Below, piece by piece: positions 54,550-64,000 of a stretch of 64,000 bases of DNA. The translations under genes and the position numbers were made by a program. The DNA is taken from positions 96,001-160,000 of the IMG/VR virus record IMGVR_UViG_3300045988_034373; one strand, 5' to 3'. Below the pieces are notes generated by a model that did not search any database, was not told where the DNA came from, and was given only the letters and a program-made list of their open reading frames with translations. The stretch comes from a virus. Position 1 is the stretch's first letter. Each line of letters begins with the position of its first letter.

Positions 54550-57500
54550 TTATGTGTAAATAGATTTATTACTCTTTAGGACATTAACTGCTAAGTCTGG
54601 AGCACCACTATTTCTACCTTTCTTCCAAGTTCCTATACGAGTACTTGGTGATTTAGCTAAGATTTCATTATAATAACCATCAGGTATCTCCCCAGATAGA
54701 TTCTCATAAGCATATGATGTAACAAACACATTATTGAATGGTTCATCAAATGTCCATGTGTAGCCCTTCCAGTCAACTAATGTTCTAGCTGATATAGCTT
54801 TAGGCTTGTACGAATTGAATGTCAAACTACCATCATTATTAACAGTATATCCAACACTAGAATCAGCTATATAAATCTTACCTCTTTCTATTCCAGTTAA
54901 CGGGTCAGAAGTAACTGTATAAGCTGAATATGCATTAGTATAGCAGTTAAGAATATCAGCATCTTTAGAGAAGTCCAAATCGTCTCCTATAGTAACTGTA
55001 GTAGACATAGATTGATTCTTATGGATGCTAAATATAGGAAGATAATTATTTAATCCTTTAATAGCCGCAGTCCATCTACTCATGTGAGTTTCTATAGACG
55101 TAGTATCACTCCCTAAGAAGAAGTCTACATTTACATTAGTACCACCATTTGGAACTCCAATATTAATAGTACATAATGTGTCAGAAGCTACATGATATAC
55201 ATAGTCTAGATTGTTAGGTCCAACGAAATTAACTGTTCTACTTCCTTTCTGTAGTATCAATAACTGGCTTAACAAGCATCTAACCATCTTATCTACTCTA
55301 ATAAGGTTGTCTGTTCTATTAGAACCACTAGAAGGAGTAGTAGGTGCAGTACGTCTTGATGCCAGATTAACTGGATGATGAACTCCATTAATGTCTTTCC
55401 ATGTTGCAAATAAGAAGTTATCTCCCCCATCTACCTCATTCTTGCTACAACTCCATCCATCAATAATTCTTCTTGAAGCATTGTACCACAGTGAAGCACT
55501 ATCTCCGTCTTTACCTCCGAATATACCTACAGTACCATTACCCATGTTAGATAAACTAGTCTGTAGACCTGTATCATCTAAACCTGCGCCGCTATTCTGA
55601 CCACTACCTACAGCAGCTCCACTAGCTGTTACAGAGCAATTATACTCCATATTCTTATCACTAGCAAGCACACATCTTAGATTACCATTCTCTTCTCCGA
55701 ATGAGAATAATTTCTCCTTCTGAGTTAAGTCCATAGATTGCTCGTAAGCTGGTCTTAGTTGCTCTTGGCTGATTGTCTTAGAAGCCACACCTCCTGCATT
55801 TGAGTAGATGTACCTTGTAGTAGCTAACTGACCTACTAGTTGGTTATTAACCCATGAGAATTTCTTACCAGGCACTTCCTTTGATGTGGGGTCTGACATA
55901 CTAGCTGTTAATGTAGAGTTATTGTTAGGTACTACATCTGAATGGTCAAAGTCACAAGAAGATACGCTTGGAGTAGTTCCAAAATAGTTATTAACTATCT
56001 TTTCATCTGGTTTACCAGCATACATCTTCTTATCGTAATCATATCCAGCAGCGGGTGTTACTTTGACCTCATAAGTACCAGTCTTACCCACCTCATACTT
56101 ATATCCAGATACATCAGTATCTAAGGAAGGTACTTCTGTAATGAATTGAGATATACTAACTCTTGTAATAGGAGAAGGAGATGTTGCTGCACCAGCTTTC
56201 AATGTTAGCGTTGGTGTTCCCACTTTCTTAACAGAAGTATTAACTTCACTCTTTACATCTAATAGAACTCTCTTTCTTGCATTACCATTAGGAAGTCCAG
56301 TATTAAAGTCTGGAATTTCCTCGTAGAAGTCATTAAAGTATCCGCCAGTGTATATTAGTTTATAACCTACTGTCTTCTTAACCCCAGCTACGTATCTATC
56401 AATTCTAACTATATAAACCCAGTTCTTCTGGATTGTACTATCATCAAATGGAATAATCTCTTCAAAGCTACCATTATAATACTCCTTAGAGATTGCATAC
56501 TTGTAAGCACCATTTAGATTCTCAGCATTATTGGCTTCAGCAGAATCAGTAAGGCTTATAAAGGTAAATTCTATCTTCTCAATATCAGAATCCTCATTAA
56601 GGTTGTAATAATCATATCCCCAGCCAATTTTTAGATATGTATCAGTAACGAAGAACCTCCACTCTCCTAATACTTCTGAATTAGTTCTAATAGCATCAAA
56701 GTCTATAGTTCCACTCTTAGCCATTCTCTCTAATACTCCATAAGGACAAGCAGGCATGATTTTGTATTGAGTCTTACCAGTCTTACCACTCTTTACAATA
56801 GTAGATTTAACTGATGATGAATCAGCTTCAATTAATCCAACATCATCTGGATTGTTTTTAGTTGTACCTTTAAATACTCCAGTAGTTTCTCCAGAGAACT
56901 CTACACTAATAACTTTAGTATCATCATTGCATGAGTACCTCCTTATCAGGTTAAATGTGTCAAAGGTCTTTAACTCAATTACTAAAATTAATGCTCCAGA
57001 TGATTTAGCACTAAATACTTGGACTAGTTCTTTAGACTTAATAACATCCAACATAGGTATGTTACTATTCTCGTAAATCCATAGTCCATTGTTATATATC
57101 TTTAGGTTCTTCTCATCTATATAATCAATGCTACCACTACTATTTATAACTCCCAATCTTAACTTGATAGCTCCTCTATTAATTGCCTCTTTAATAGCAG
57201 CGTCAATAGCAGCGTCAATAGTATTAGCAACTATTACAAATCTATCTCCAGGATGAAATATCTTAACTTCATCTGAATTTTTAACTTGGAATAGCTTCTC
57301 CTTGTAATATTCCAGTTCTATGTAAGGAACACTTCCCTTCATAGTTATGAATTTAGAGAACTCAAATTCAATCTGAGTAACATTTAGGTCTTCTCCCTCA
57401 TACAACTGCTGAGGAGATGGGAATGAACCTATCTGACTCTTACCAGTGATTGGGTTATGAGCTGCAACGTAAATAATACCTCCATGTTCCTTCATTCCTA

Positions 57501-57696
57501 CAGGTACATATCCCTTATCGAGATAGGCTGTATGAACTTCTCCATTTCCCATATCATTCTGTAATACAAACTCATTACCATTGTATGTTATTATAGTACC
57601 ATTTAAGCAGTTTGTTAATACATTACTGGGAGTGGTCAATGGATGTAAGTCCATTATTAAACCCTCACCAAAGGTATTAATTGCTTCTTTTCTCAT
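54550..57696 (-). CDS. large tail-associated structural protein (1048 aa), putative
   Basis: Uninterrupted 3.1-kb ORF directly upstream of the 1563-aa gene. The assignment rests on context only. Confidence 0.6.
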   Translation of the reverse strand: MRKEAINTFGEGLIMDLHPLTTPSNVLTNCLNGTIITYNGNEFVLQNDMGNGEVHTAYLDKGYVPVGMKEHGGIIYVAAHNPITGKSQIGSFPSPQQLYEGEDLNVTQIEFEFSKFITMKGSVPYIELEYYKEKLFQVKNSDEVKIFHPGDRFVIVANTIDAAIDAAIKEAINRGAIKLRLGVINSSGSIDYIDEKNLKIYNNGLWIYENSNIPMLDVIKSKELVQVFSAKSSGALILVIELKTFDTFNLIRRYSCNDDTKVISVEFSGETTGVFKGTTKNNPDDVGLIEADSSSVKSTIVKSGKTGKTQYKIMPACPYGVLERMAKSGTIDFDAIRTNSEVLGEWRFFVTDTYLKIGWGYDYYNLNEDSDIEKIEFTFISLTDSAEANNAENLNGAYKYAISKEYYNGSFEEIIPFDDSTIQKNWVYIVRIDRYVAGVKKTVGYKLIYTGGYFNDFYEEIPDFNTGLPNGNARKRVLLDVKSEVNTSVKKVGTPTLTLKAGAATSPSPITRVSISQFITEVPSLDTDVSGYKYEVGKTGTYEVKVTPAAGYDYDKKMYAGKPDEKIVNNYFGTTPSVSSCDFDHSDVVPNNNSTLTASMSDPTSKEVPGKKFSWVNNQLVGQLATTRYIYSNAGGVASKTISQEQLRPAYEQSMDLTQKEKLFSFGEENGNLRCVLASDKNMEYNCSVTASGAAVGSGQNSGAGLDDTGLQTSLSNMGNGTVGIFGGKDGDSASLWYNASRRIIDGWSCSKNEVDGGDNFLFATWKDINGVHHPVNLASRRTAPTTPSSGSNRTDNLIRVDKMVRCLLSQLLILQKGSRTVNFVGPNNLDYVYHVASDTLCTINIGVPNGGTNVNVDFFLGSDTTSIETHMSRWTAAIKGLNNYLPIFSIHKNQSMSTTVTIGDDLDFSKDADILNCYTNAYSAYTVTSDPLTGIERGKIYIADSSVGYTVNNDGSLTFNSYKPKAISARTLVDWKGYTWTFDEPFNNVFVTSYAYENLSGEIPDGYYNEILAKSPSTRIGTWKKGRNSGAPDLAVNVLKSNKSIYT

Positions 57697-58279
57697 ATTT
57701 TATAAGTTCATAGTTGTTACTACTAATAAGTATGTCCTTGAACGTACTTGGATTATCTCTTACTAATGCAACTTCTAAATCATTGCACTTCATTGTATCT
57801 TTGAAGAATGTATATCCCATGTCTGTGATGTATCTGTATCTTACGATGTATTTAGACCAACTGTAAAACACCTTAGCCTCATCGAAGACCTTCATTCCGA
57901 ACTTATTATGGAATATGAAATTCTTCTTCTTTCTTCCTCTTCCAGTGGTGGACTTAACTATAGATTCATATTCATCTTCAGTCAGTCCTATATAATAGTA
58001 CCCATCCCACTCCTTAACTTTCTTAGAGTATAATACTCTTAGCTTCCTTCTTAACATTCTTCTATAATAGTTGTAATGTTTAATAGAATCACGTGTAAGC
58101 TGTCCGCAGTAGAACCAGTATCTGTACTTAGTACTACTAATAAGAGTATCACATCCTCTAAGATTATAATAATATAGCATTCTCCAGCCGTATTCAACAG
58201 CTCGTTTAACATCCTCTGGAGGTACAGTCGGGAATTGGGCTATTAGGTCTGGTAAATAATCATTGACACTTTTTAGCAT
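57677..58279 (-). CDS. hypothetical virion-module protein (200 aa)
   Basis: Translationally coupled on both sides. Basic and Tyr-rich. Confidence 0.6.
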   Translation of the reverse strand: MLKSVNDYLPDLIAQFPTVPPEDVKRAVEYGWRMLYYYNLRGCDTLISSTKYRYWFYCGQLTRDSIKHYNYYRRMLRRKLRVLYSKKVKEWDGYYYIGLTEDEYESIVKSTTGRGRKKKNFIFHNKFGMKVFDEAKVFYSWSKYIVRYRYITDMGYTFFKDTMKCNDLEVALVRDNPSTFKDILISSNNYELIKYEKRSN

Positions 58280-58719
58280 TAATAATATTGTTTACCTTGA
58301 TTTGTGTGTTCTAATATCCTATCTCTATGCTCAGGGTCAAGATATATTAGCTTCTCCCTCATAACTCCCTTAGATTGGAAGTGAAATACCATTTGATATG
58401 CACAGAAGTTGGATGCTAGAAAGTCTACCTTAGCCCACTTACCATTTCTTCTTGCCTTAGAGAACTCGTCTCTCTCGAATCTCTTCATCTTCAACTCAGC
58501 CCTCCTAGACCTAGTCGGGAGGGTAAATGTAGCATTATTCTCAATTATATCTTCCAAAACCATATTCAAGGCACTCTTAAATATCTTCTTAGCGATAACT
58601 TCCTTGTGCCTATTACCTATTAATTCCTCACATGCCTTTGAAGTCATCTTCATCTTCTTAGTAGGAAAGGAGGTGAATAACTCATCTATATTCATGGCAT
58701 ATCCTGTAGCGTAATTCAT
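58279..58719 (-). CDS. hypothetical protein, possibly HU/IHF-like DNA-binding fold
   Basis: The start was moved to the ATG at 58719, which overlaps the upstream TAA by 1 nt. HKEVIAKKIFKSALNMVLEDIIENNATFTLP loosely fits the HU helix-2/strand-1 pattern. Support is weak. Confidence 0.5.
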   Translation of the reverse strand: MNYATGYAMNIDELFTSFPTKKMKMTSKACEELIGNRHKEVIAKKIFKSALNMVLEDIIENNATFTLPTRSRRAELKMKRFERDEFSKARRNGKWAKVDFLASNFCAYQMVFHFQSKGVMREKLIYLDPEHRDRILEHTNQGKQYY

Positions 58720-59408
58720 TATTTTACAAATTTCCAAGTCTTATTAAATATCTTCCTATTCCAGCTTGTCTTAGCATCAAGGATTTCATTCATATCATTC
58801 TGATTGATATACATTGGAACTCTGGCAGCATCACATAGTCTATACCATCTTTGCTCAAGAAGTTGCGCCTCTTGTAACATATTTTGATTATGCTTACTCC
58901 AACCTTCTTTAAACCTGTCTGTGTATGCACAATAACAAGCTATTGCATCCTTCTCTTTCTCATTGATAAATGGCAATCCATCATCATCTAATAGGATTCC
59001 CTTATATAGTATGTTAACTGAACCATAATCCTTGTCAAAGTAAAGAGTGTCATTTACTCTCTCATACTTAGCCAATTTACCACTAATGTAGAATGGGTCT
59101 TTATATACCTTACGTCCTTCAATGTAGTTCTCAATGAATTGTGATTGGTAATCTCCATTAACTGTATCATTAGTAGTGTATCTCCAGTCCTCAAAGTCGT
59201 ATGTTACAGCCTCTATAAAGTCACAATTACATGGTAGTGTAACTGTTAAGGTTTCACAATCTATCTTACACCTATATCTATATAGTTTAGTTTGTCTATT
59301 ACCTATCTTATTCCAGGCAATCAGACCTATTTCCTCGAACTCTTCTGGTGCTAATTCTATACCATATAATAGATTAGCTTGAGCATATGCTGATTGAAAG
59401 TTTTCCAT
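58719..59408 (-). CDS. hypothetical virion-module protein (229 aa)
   Basis: 1-nt stop/start overlaps on both sides. Confidence 0.6.
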   Translation of the reverse strand: MENFQSAYAQANLLYGIELAPEEFEEIGLIAWNKIGNRQTKLYRYRCKIDCETLTVTLPCNCDFIEAVTYDFEDWRYTTNDTVNGDYQSQFIENYIEGRKVYKDPFYISGKLAKYERVNDTLYFDKDYGSVNILYKGILLDDDGLPFINEKEKDAIACYCAYTDRFKEGWSKHNQNMLQEAQLLEQRWYRLCDAARVPMYINQNDMNEILDAKTSWNRKIFNKTWKFVK

Positions 59409-60082
59409 TATTTAGGAGTTTGGTCGTTAGGTAATATTGGAGCAGCTAACTGTCTGTAATAACGTAGCTTCTTCTCTGTTAATCTCTTCTTTATTTCTGC
59501 GTCGATGAAAGTCATATTATTAATGTCTAATGCAGAACAACATCCATAAGTTTGTAACTGACGTGGGTCTTTGAATATACCTACCACAGATACTTGCTTT
59601 ATAACTGGCAGATTGAATATCCAGCAGTCATACATATTATTGGCATTAGGAGTAACATCAATGTACACATAAGGTCTGTTCTTAGCCCTCTTTCTGTATT
59701 TATGATACTGCATTACTGTTGGACTTATGTACCATATAAATGGCTGCCCCTTGTCTACAGAGCCTATGTATTCAATTCCTCCTCCGAACTCAGTTATGAG
59801 TTGTGGTATTTCAAAATGGAATGTAGGTGTACCGTCTGCCTTATTCCCACAAGTACAGCTCTCTATATCCTTACAGTCTACGTTAATGCAGTTAATAGAC
59901 ATTAATAAGTCCCTCTTAGGAATAAGTCCCTTCATGGAATATTCCTTAATGATTTGTAGCCTTTCATCTACAATATCGTCTTCTAATTGTTCTATTGATA
60001 ATGTGTTTGTAGTGGTATAACCTCTAAGTCCAGACACTATATCATTATAGATTGCAGATGCTAATTTAAAATAATATCCCAT
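59408..60082 (-). CDS. hypothetical virion-module protein (224 aa)
   Basis: First gene after the internal terminator. Coupled to the downstream gene. Confidence 0.6.
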   Translation of the reverse strand: MGYYFKLASAIYNDIVSGLRGYTTTNTLSIEQLEDDIVDERLQIIKEYSMKGLIPKRDLLMSINCINVDCKDIESCTCGNKADGTPTFHFEIPQLITEFGGGIEYIGSVDKGQPFIWYISPTVMQYHKYRKRAKNRPYVYIDVTPNANNMYDCWIFNLPVIKQVSVVGIFKDPRQLQTYGCCSALDINNMTFIDAEIKKRLTEKKLRYYRQLAAPILPNDQTPK

Positions 60083-60088
60083 AAGTAC

Positions 60089-60124
60089 AAAATAAAAAAG
60101 GCGACGACTTAAATGGTCATCGCC
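60089..60124 (-). terminator. intrinsic terminator inside the virion operon
   Basis: On the - RNA, GGCGAUGAC / GUCGUCGCC forms a 9-bp stem with 1 G-U pair and a 7-nt loop. It is followed by UUUUUUAUUUU and lies 15 nt after the stop of the 292-aa gene. Confidence 0.7.
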
Positions 60125-60138
60125 TTAGTATTAGTAGG

Positions 60139-61017
60139 TTATTTTAAAGCTACGTCTTCGTTATCTGCACCTGGTTTCTTGATTTCATGGATTGTACCAA
60201 GAACCTTTAGAGCAGTCTCAAATTCAGTTGCTAATGAATCTAGTACATAGAATACATGAGTAGTCTTAGATGTAACTTGCTGACCAACAGCAGCACCTCC
60301 GAATAGACCTCTATCTACCTTGTACTCAATGATGTATTGGTTATACTTAGCACCTGGAACAGGAAGCTCTTCTTGGTTAACAGCTTCAAACTTCCTAGCC
60401 TCGATAGTAGGTAATCTAAGGTCTTTTAGGATATGAGTATAAGTACCGAATCCTTCAACACTCTTAGTGATTTTACCTTCGATAACATCCTCAAATACTT
60501 CATTAGTAAGTGGGTTGTTAGCAGCTACGTTAAGTTTTTGAATCTTAGCCTCAGTGAATAATTGATATTCGTCTACTCCGTGGATTATTAGCTTATCGCT
60601 ATTAACCTCAGTCTTGATATACTTGTCACCATAGAAGGCTTGAATCTTATCAATAACTCTCTTGATTTCCTTAGCAACATCAGTTGCAGCAGTAGAACCA
60701 GAAGTGATTCTGAACTCGTAAACAAAAGGCTTACCTTTGAATACGAAGTCATTAGAGTAGTATGAGTTCTGGCTTCCAGATAATCTGATGTATAACTTCA
60801 ACCTATAGATACCTACGCCTGGGTTAGTAATAGTGAACTCTGCCTTACCAATAACTGGGTCGGAAGCAGCTCTCTTATACATCGCACTTACGTTCTTCTT
60901 GAGGAATTTGTTTACACGTCTTACCTCAATCTCGTCTGAACCCTTAACGATTTTATCTAAACCAGTGGTTACATCTTTCAGTGAGTTTAATACAATAGTG
61001 TTAGTGTACTGAAACAT
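60139..61017 (-). CDS. virion structural protein (292 aa), probably abundant
   Basis: The ORF is followed directly by a strong terminator. No motif recognised. Confidence 0.65.
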   Translation of the reverse strand: MFQYTNTIVLNSLKDVTTGLDKIVKGSDEIEVRRVNKFLKKNVSAMYKRAASDPVIGKAEFTITNPGVGIYRLKLYIRLSGSQNSYYSNDFVFKGKPFVYEFRITSGSTAATDVAKEIKRVIDKIQAFYGDKYIKTEVNSDKLIIHGVDEYQLFTEAKIQKLNVAANNPLTNEVFEDVIEGKITKSVEGFGTYTHILKDLRLPTIEARKFEAVNQEELPVPGAKYNQYIIEYKVDRGLFGGAAVGQQVTSKTTHVFYVLDSLATEFETALKVLGTIHEIKKPGADNEDVALK

Positions 61018-61025
61018 AAATTAAA

Positions 61026-61976
61026 TTATTTTTTGGTTTGTGACTGTTGCTGAGCTGGATTTGCAATAGTCTGATTAACTGCTAAATTAGTTTGAAGCCT
61101 TGGGTCACCTGCGTTCTCCAATAATAGCTTTGCCAGCTCATTTATAATCTCTTGACACACATAATCTGGAAACTCCATGACTTGTGATGTATCTTCAACC
61201 ATTTCAATCTGGTCTTGTGTTAGTCTAATTTTTTGAGGAGTCTTAATGTAATCAACAAATATGTCAGTTAATTGAAATACAGAAGAATCCTTGCCATACC
61301 TAATTTCAAGTCTAACTTGAGATGGATTTCCATACCTATTAACTCCTGGCTGTTCTACTAAATCTACTGATTTACCTCCAATAGTAATTTTAGTTGGAAG
61401 TGAACCATCTGTACCAGTAGTTTGCTGAATAGTTGTGTTTGGTGATATACTTCCCTCTCCAGCAGTAAGTCTTACTGGATTAGTAGGCATTGTCGTAGCA
61501 CTATTTACGTTGTGTATGAAGTAATAAGGATTTCTATAAGAGGGTTGCATATAGAAGTTCCTTATTATCTGTGACCAAAGGTCTGAGGTTAAACGCTTAG
61601 CACCAATTTGTACATAAGTACCAGCGTCATAGCACTCGTATGTCTTTACTACTTTGAAATTGCACACGCAATTCAAAATATGTAAATAATCCAATGGGAG
61701 ATTTACTTCATAAACAGCTCCATACAGTGAGTTAGTTTGAGAACTAACAGCAGCGTATGTGTTTGTAGCCAGAGTAGGCTGGAGGATGGCAGTAGATTTT
61801 AAAACTCTAATGTCATCTGTTGATTGTTGATTTACATCATAAATGTTGTACTTCTTATTAATGTATTGGTATATCGCCTTATTTAATAAGTAGTTAAAGT
61901 CCTCAAGTAAAATACTTGGAGCAGCAGTCTTGTTCATTTCAACTAATGCTCCTCTGTATACTTGTTTCGCTGTCAT
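61026..61976 (-). CDS. virion-module protein (316 aa)
   Basis: ORF in the operon with short intergenic spacers. Confidence 0.6.
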   Translation of the reverse strand: MTAKQVYRGALVEMNKTAAPSILLEDFNYLLNKAIYQYINKKYNIYDVNQQSTDDIRVLKSTAILQPTLATNTYAAVSSQTNSLYGAVYEVNLPLDYLHILNCVCNFKVVKTYECYDAGTYVQIGAKRLTSDLWSQIIRNFYMQPSYRNPYYFIHNVNSATTMPTNPVRLTAGEGSISPNTTIQQTTGTDGSLPTKITIGGKSVDLVEQPGVNRYGNPSQVRLEIRYGKDSSVFQLTDIFVDYIKTPQKIRLTQDQIEMVEDTSQVMEFPDYVCQEIINELAKLLLENAGDPRLQTNLAVNQTIANPAQQQSQTKK

Positions 61977-61986
61977 TTAGGTAATG

Positions 61987-62823
61987 TTATTTCTTAGATG
62001 CACTTTCTTCTAAGTACATATCAGGATAAGTATCTCTCTTAATAAGTTCAAGTACCTTACTGTTAGTAGGGTTCTTCATCCAAGTGATTACTGCATCGTC
62101 AGTTGCACCTAATACAATGCTATCACCATATAGATAAACCTTATTCTTAACGTATATGACATTCTTGTCTTTAGCGTCAATAAACATCAATCTCAGATTA
62201 ATATCTCCACCAGTGTATAGGTCAATAATCTTCTCTGGAGATTTATGTGATATTTCAAGCAAGTAGTCTGTAATGTCTGCGTCTGGTGCGTTACGCATAT
62301 TCTTACCAAGCAATCTAGCTTTAAGTGCTCTACCTTCTGCACCTTTAGGGTCACCATAGATGTAAGAGTCAGCATCGTGGATAAGTTTCTTCTTAGAGAT
62401 TCTCTTAGCAGTATCATATCCAGGTCTTTCTACATATAGTTCAGCTGTACCATAACGAGCACGAGCCTTACCCTCAGCTATTTCACCATCAATTAGTAAA
62501 TTTCCTTTAGAGTCCCTTGCATCTCTTGATAATGCAATAAGAGGACAATGTTGTATTGAGTGCCACTCAGCAGCCTGCCATTCATCATTTAGATTAAATG
62601 TAGTACCATCTTCAATGATGAACACTTTATTCTCAGGAATAAGTGGTTTACCTTCATTTCTATCCTTGTCAGAGATAATCATATCACCCTTACTATCTAC
62701 TGGTCTCACGCAATCAGGGAATCTACCAGTCTTTGGGTCCCTAACAGGATTCATGAAGTACTTCTGCCCAACTTTACCGAACACACTTCTTAAAATAATT
62801 ATATCGTCTAAAACATCAGCCAT
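61987..62823 (-). CDS. virion-module protein (278 aa)
   Basis: ORF in the operon. Confidence 0.6.
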   Translation of the reverse strand: MADVLDDIIILRSVFGKVGQKYFMNPVRDPKTGRFPDCVRPVDSKGDMIISDKDRNEGKPLIPENKVFIIEDGTTFNLNDEWQAAEWHSIQHCPLIALSRDARDSKGNLLIDGEIAEGKARARYGTAELYVERPGYDTAKRISKKKLIHDADSYIYGDPKGAEGRALKARLLGKNMRNAPDADITDYLLEISHKSPEKIIDLYTGGDINLRLMFIDAKDKNVIYVKNKVYLYGDSIVLGATDDAVITWMKNPTNSKVLELIKRDTYPDMYLEESASKK

Positions 62824-62873
62824 ATTAATTCGTATTTTTATTGTATATCATACATCATCTTTATAATGAGTAT

Positions 62874-62900
62874 GAGAGGGACTATAGATTAGCCCCTCCC
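62874..62900 (-). other. stem-loop downstream of the putative capsid gene (no U-tract)
   Basis: On the - RNA, GGGAGGGGCU / AGUCCCUCUC forms about 10 bp including G-U pairs, with a 7-nt loop. The A-C mismatch on the + strand means it only folds well in the sense of transcription. Confidence 0.4.
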
Positions 62901-62925
62901 AACACATCTTGATTATATATTTTTA

Positions 62926-64000
62926 TTACGCTTCTTTCATGATGAAGCTTCTGTATGGAGAGAATACTCCAACACCAGAATAACCCCAGTTGATTACCTT
63001 AGATGCAGCTGTAGTACTTGAAACAATACCAGAGCTTAGACCATCTAAACCACCCACACCTGGATACTTGTTAGTAATGAAGTCACCACCCTTTAATGTA
63101 AACATTTGGATAGCTGGTTCACCGCTAGTCTTATCAGCAGTAAGGTCAAGCATTAGACCAAAGCCCTTCTCAGAACCCCATTCACGAGAGAATGTTCTGT
63201 CTACCTTGAATGAAATAGTATTACCACCGATTTCATAGCTATTGAATGTAGCACCAACGTCTACATATCCATTAGCCTTCTTAGACCATAGATAAGTACC
63301 ACAAGTTTTGAATCTTGCAAGCCACTCTGATAGGCAGCTTTGGATGTCATTCCACATCTTCTCGTTGCAGATGAATACGTACTTATTACCAGTTGGGTTT
63401 TCACTCTTCTCATTCATCATAGCCATAGCTGTAGTGAATGCTTCTGGAGTAAGTTTATTGTAAACATACTTAGATGCAAATCTCTCGATTTGTGGGATGA
63501 TACCATCACCAATGTAGATTGGACGACCAGTGTCAGGGTCAGAGATTGTTGGTTTACCGTTCTTATCTACGTTAGTCTTATTGAATAATAGACCTTGGTT
63601 ACGAACTTCCAAGAAGTTTCTTAATAGATTCTTCTCAAGAGTATCCATCTTGTACATTGTTTCCTTAACAGCACCATTGCCTTCACCTTTACCAATGCTG
63701 ATAAATGTTTGCTCTAGTGGCTTGAATAGAGAAGTATAGCTGTCATCAACACGGTGTGTAGTGATGTAACCTCTATGTCTCTCAATGTTAGATTGATACT
63801 TAACATAACCCTCTTCGTGTGCCTCAGGCATAGCGTTAGATTGGAATCTTGTAGTGTCACCAATCTGACATCCGTCTAGGTCTAGGATTGAAGAATAGTC
63901 GTTATCAATTAGTCTTACTTCAACAGTCCAATAATTATCTGCAACTCTTGTAGGTCTGGAGATAACTTGGCATTGCTGCATTGTTTTGTCAATCTTAAAA
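62926..64000 (-). CDS. probable major capsid protein, 5' end outside the window
   Basis: The frame stays open through nt 64000 (…FKIDKT-MQQCQ…), so the ATG at 63981 is probably internal. It is the first visible gene of the virion operon and is followed by a stem-loop. The call comes from position, size and overall resemblance to crAss-type capsid proteins as I recall them, not from a motif. Confidence 0.45.
   Translation of the reverse strand, partial: FKIDKTMQQCQVISRPTRVADNYWTVEVRLIDNDYSSILDLDGCQIGDTTRFQSNAMPEAHEEGYVKYQSNIERHRGYITTHRVDDSYTSLFKPLEQTFISIGKGEGNGAVKETMYKMDTLEKNLLRNFLEVRNQGLLFNKTNVDKNGKPTISDPDTGRPIYIGDGIIPQIERFASKYVYNKLTPEAFTTAMAMMNEKSENPTGNKYVFICNEKMWNDIQSCLSEWLARFKTCGTYLWSKKANGYVDVGATFNSYEIGGNTISFKVDRTFSREWGSEKGFGLMLDLTADKTSGEPAIQMFTLKGGDFITNKYPGVGGLDGLSSGIVSSTTAASKVINWGYSGVGVFSPYRSFIMKEA

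Noticed and set aside
1-64000. Stop-codon reassignment (TAG or TGA read as sense), as reported for some crAss-like and other gut phages.
   Set aside because: Every long ORF, including the late and virion genes, is open under the standard code. The three interrupted genes need a change of frame, which read-through would not provide.
1-64000. Search for CRISPR arrays, integrase or attachment sites, transposases, DGR template/variable repeats and rRNA.
   Set aside because: None was seen by eye. There are no long direct repeats, no reverse-transcriptase or recombinase motifs, and no non-coding region longer than about 175 nt.

Overview
AT-rich, tightly packed dsDNA phage segment. It looks like a crAss-like (Crassvirales-type) podophage of a Bacteroidota host; this is inferred from gene content, one host-type promoter and overall architecture, with no database search possible.

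Three blocks:
(i) 1-14.6 kb, + strand: about 33 small early genes. They cover replication and nucleotide metabolism (family A DNA polymerase, ThyX, UDG), RNA-end repair (Pnkp, HAD_SAK-like phosphatase, CYTH, two metallophosphoesterases, YqeY) and NAD salvage (NMNAT, Nudix).
(ii) 14.7-47.9 kb, + strand: eight ORFs plus a dNMP kinase, starting at a Bacteroidota-type promoter and ending at an intrinsic terminator. Four are giants (1596, 2896, 3178 and 1539 aa). The 3178-aa product is a single-chain two-barrel RNA polymerase (KMSTRHLG ... DFDID). Its neighbours carry an SF1 helicase core, an HExxH site and a PD-(D/E)xK nuclease.
(iii) 47.9-64 kb, - strand: a convergent virion module, with a probable capsid protein truncated at the window end and two tail-type proteins over 1000 aa.

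Most unusual observations:
- Three early genes, including a catalytically intact UDG, only make sense if reading shifts +1 exactly at an in-frame stop codon, while about 48 kb of other coding sequence has no frame break.
- Four virion-block proteins on both strands share an N-terminal K-phi-Q-x-G-G motif.
- An NAD/nucleotide-processing island sits in the early region.

No tRNA, CRISPR array, integrase or stop-codon reassignment was seen. All family assignments rest on motifs read by eye and need HMM or structure searches.
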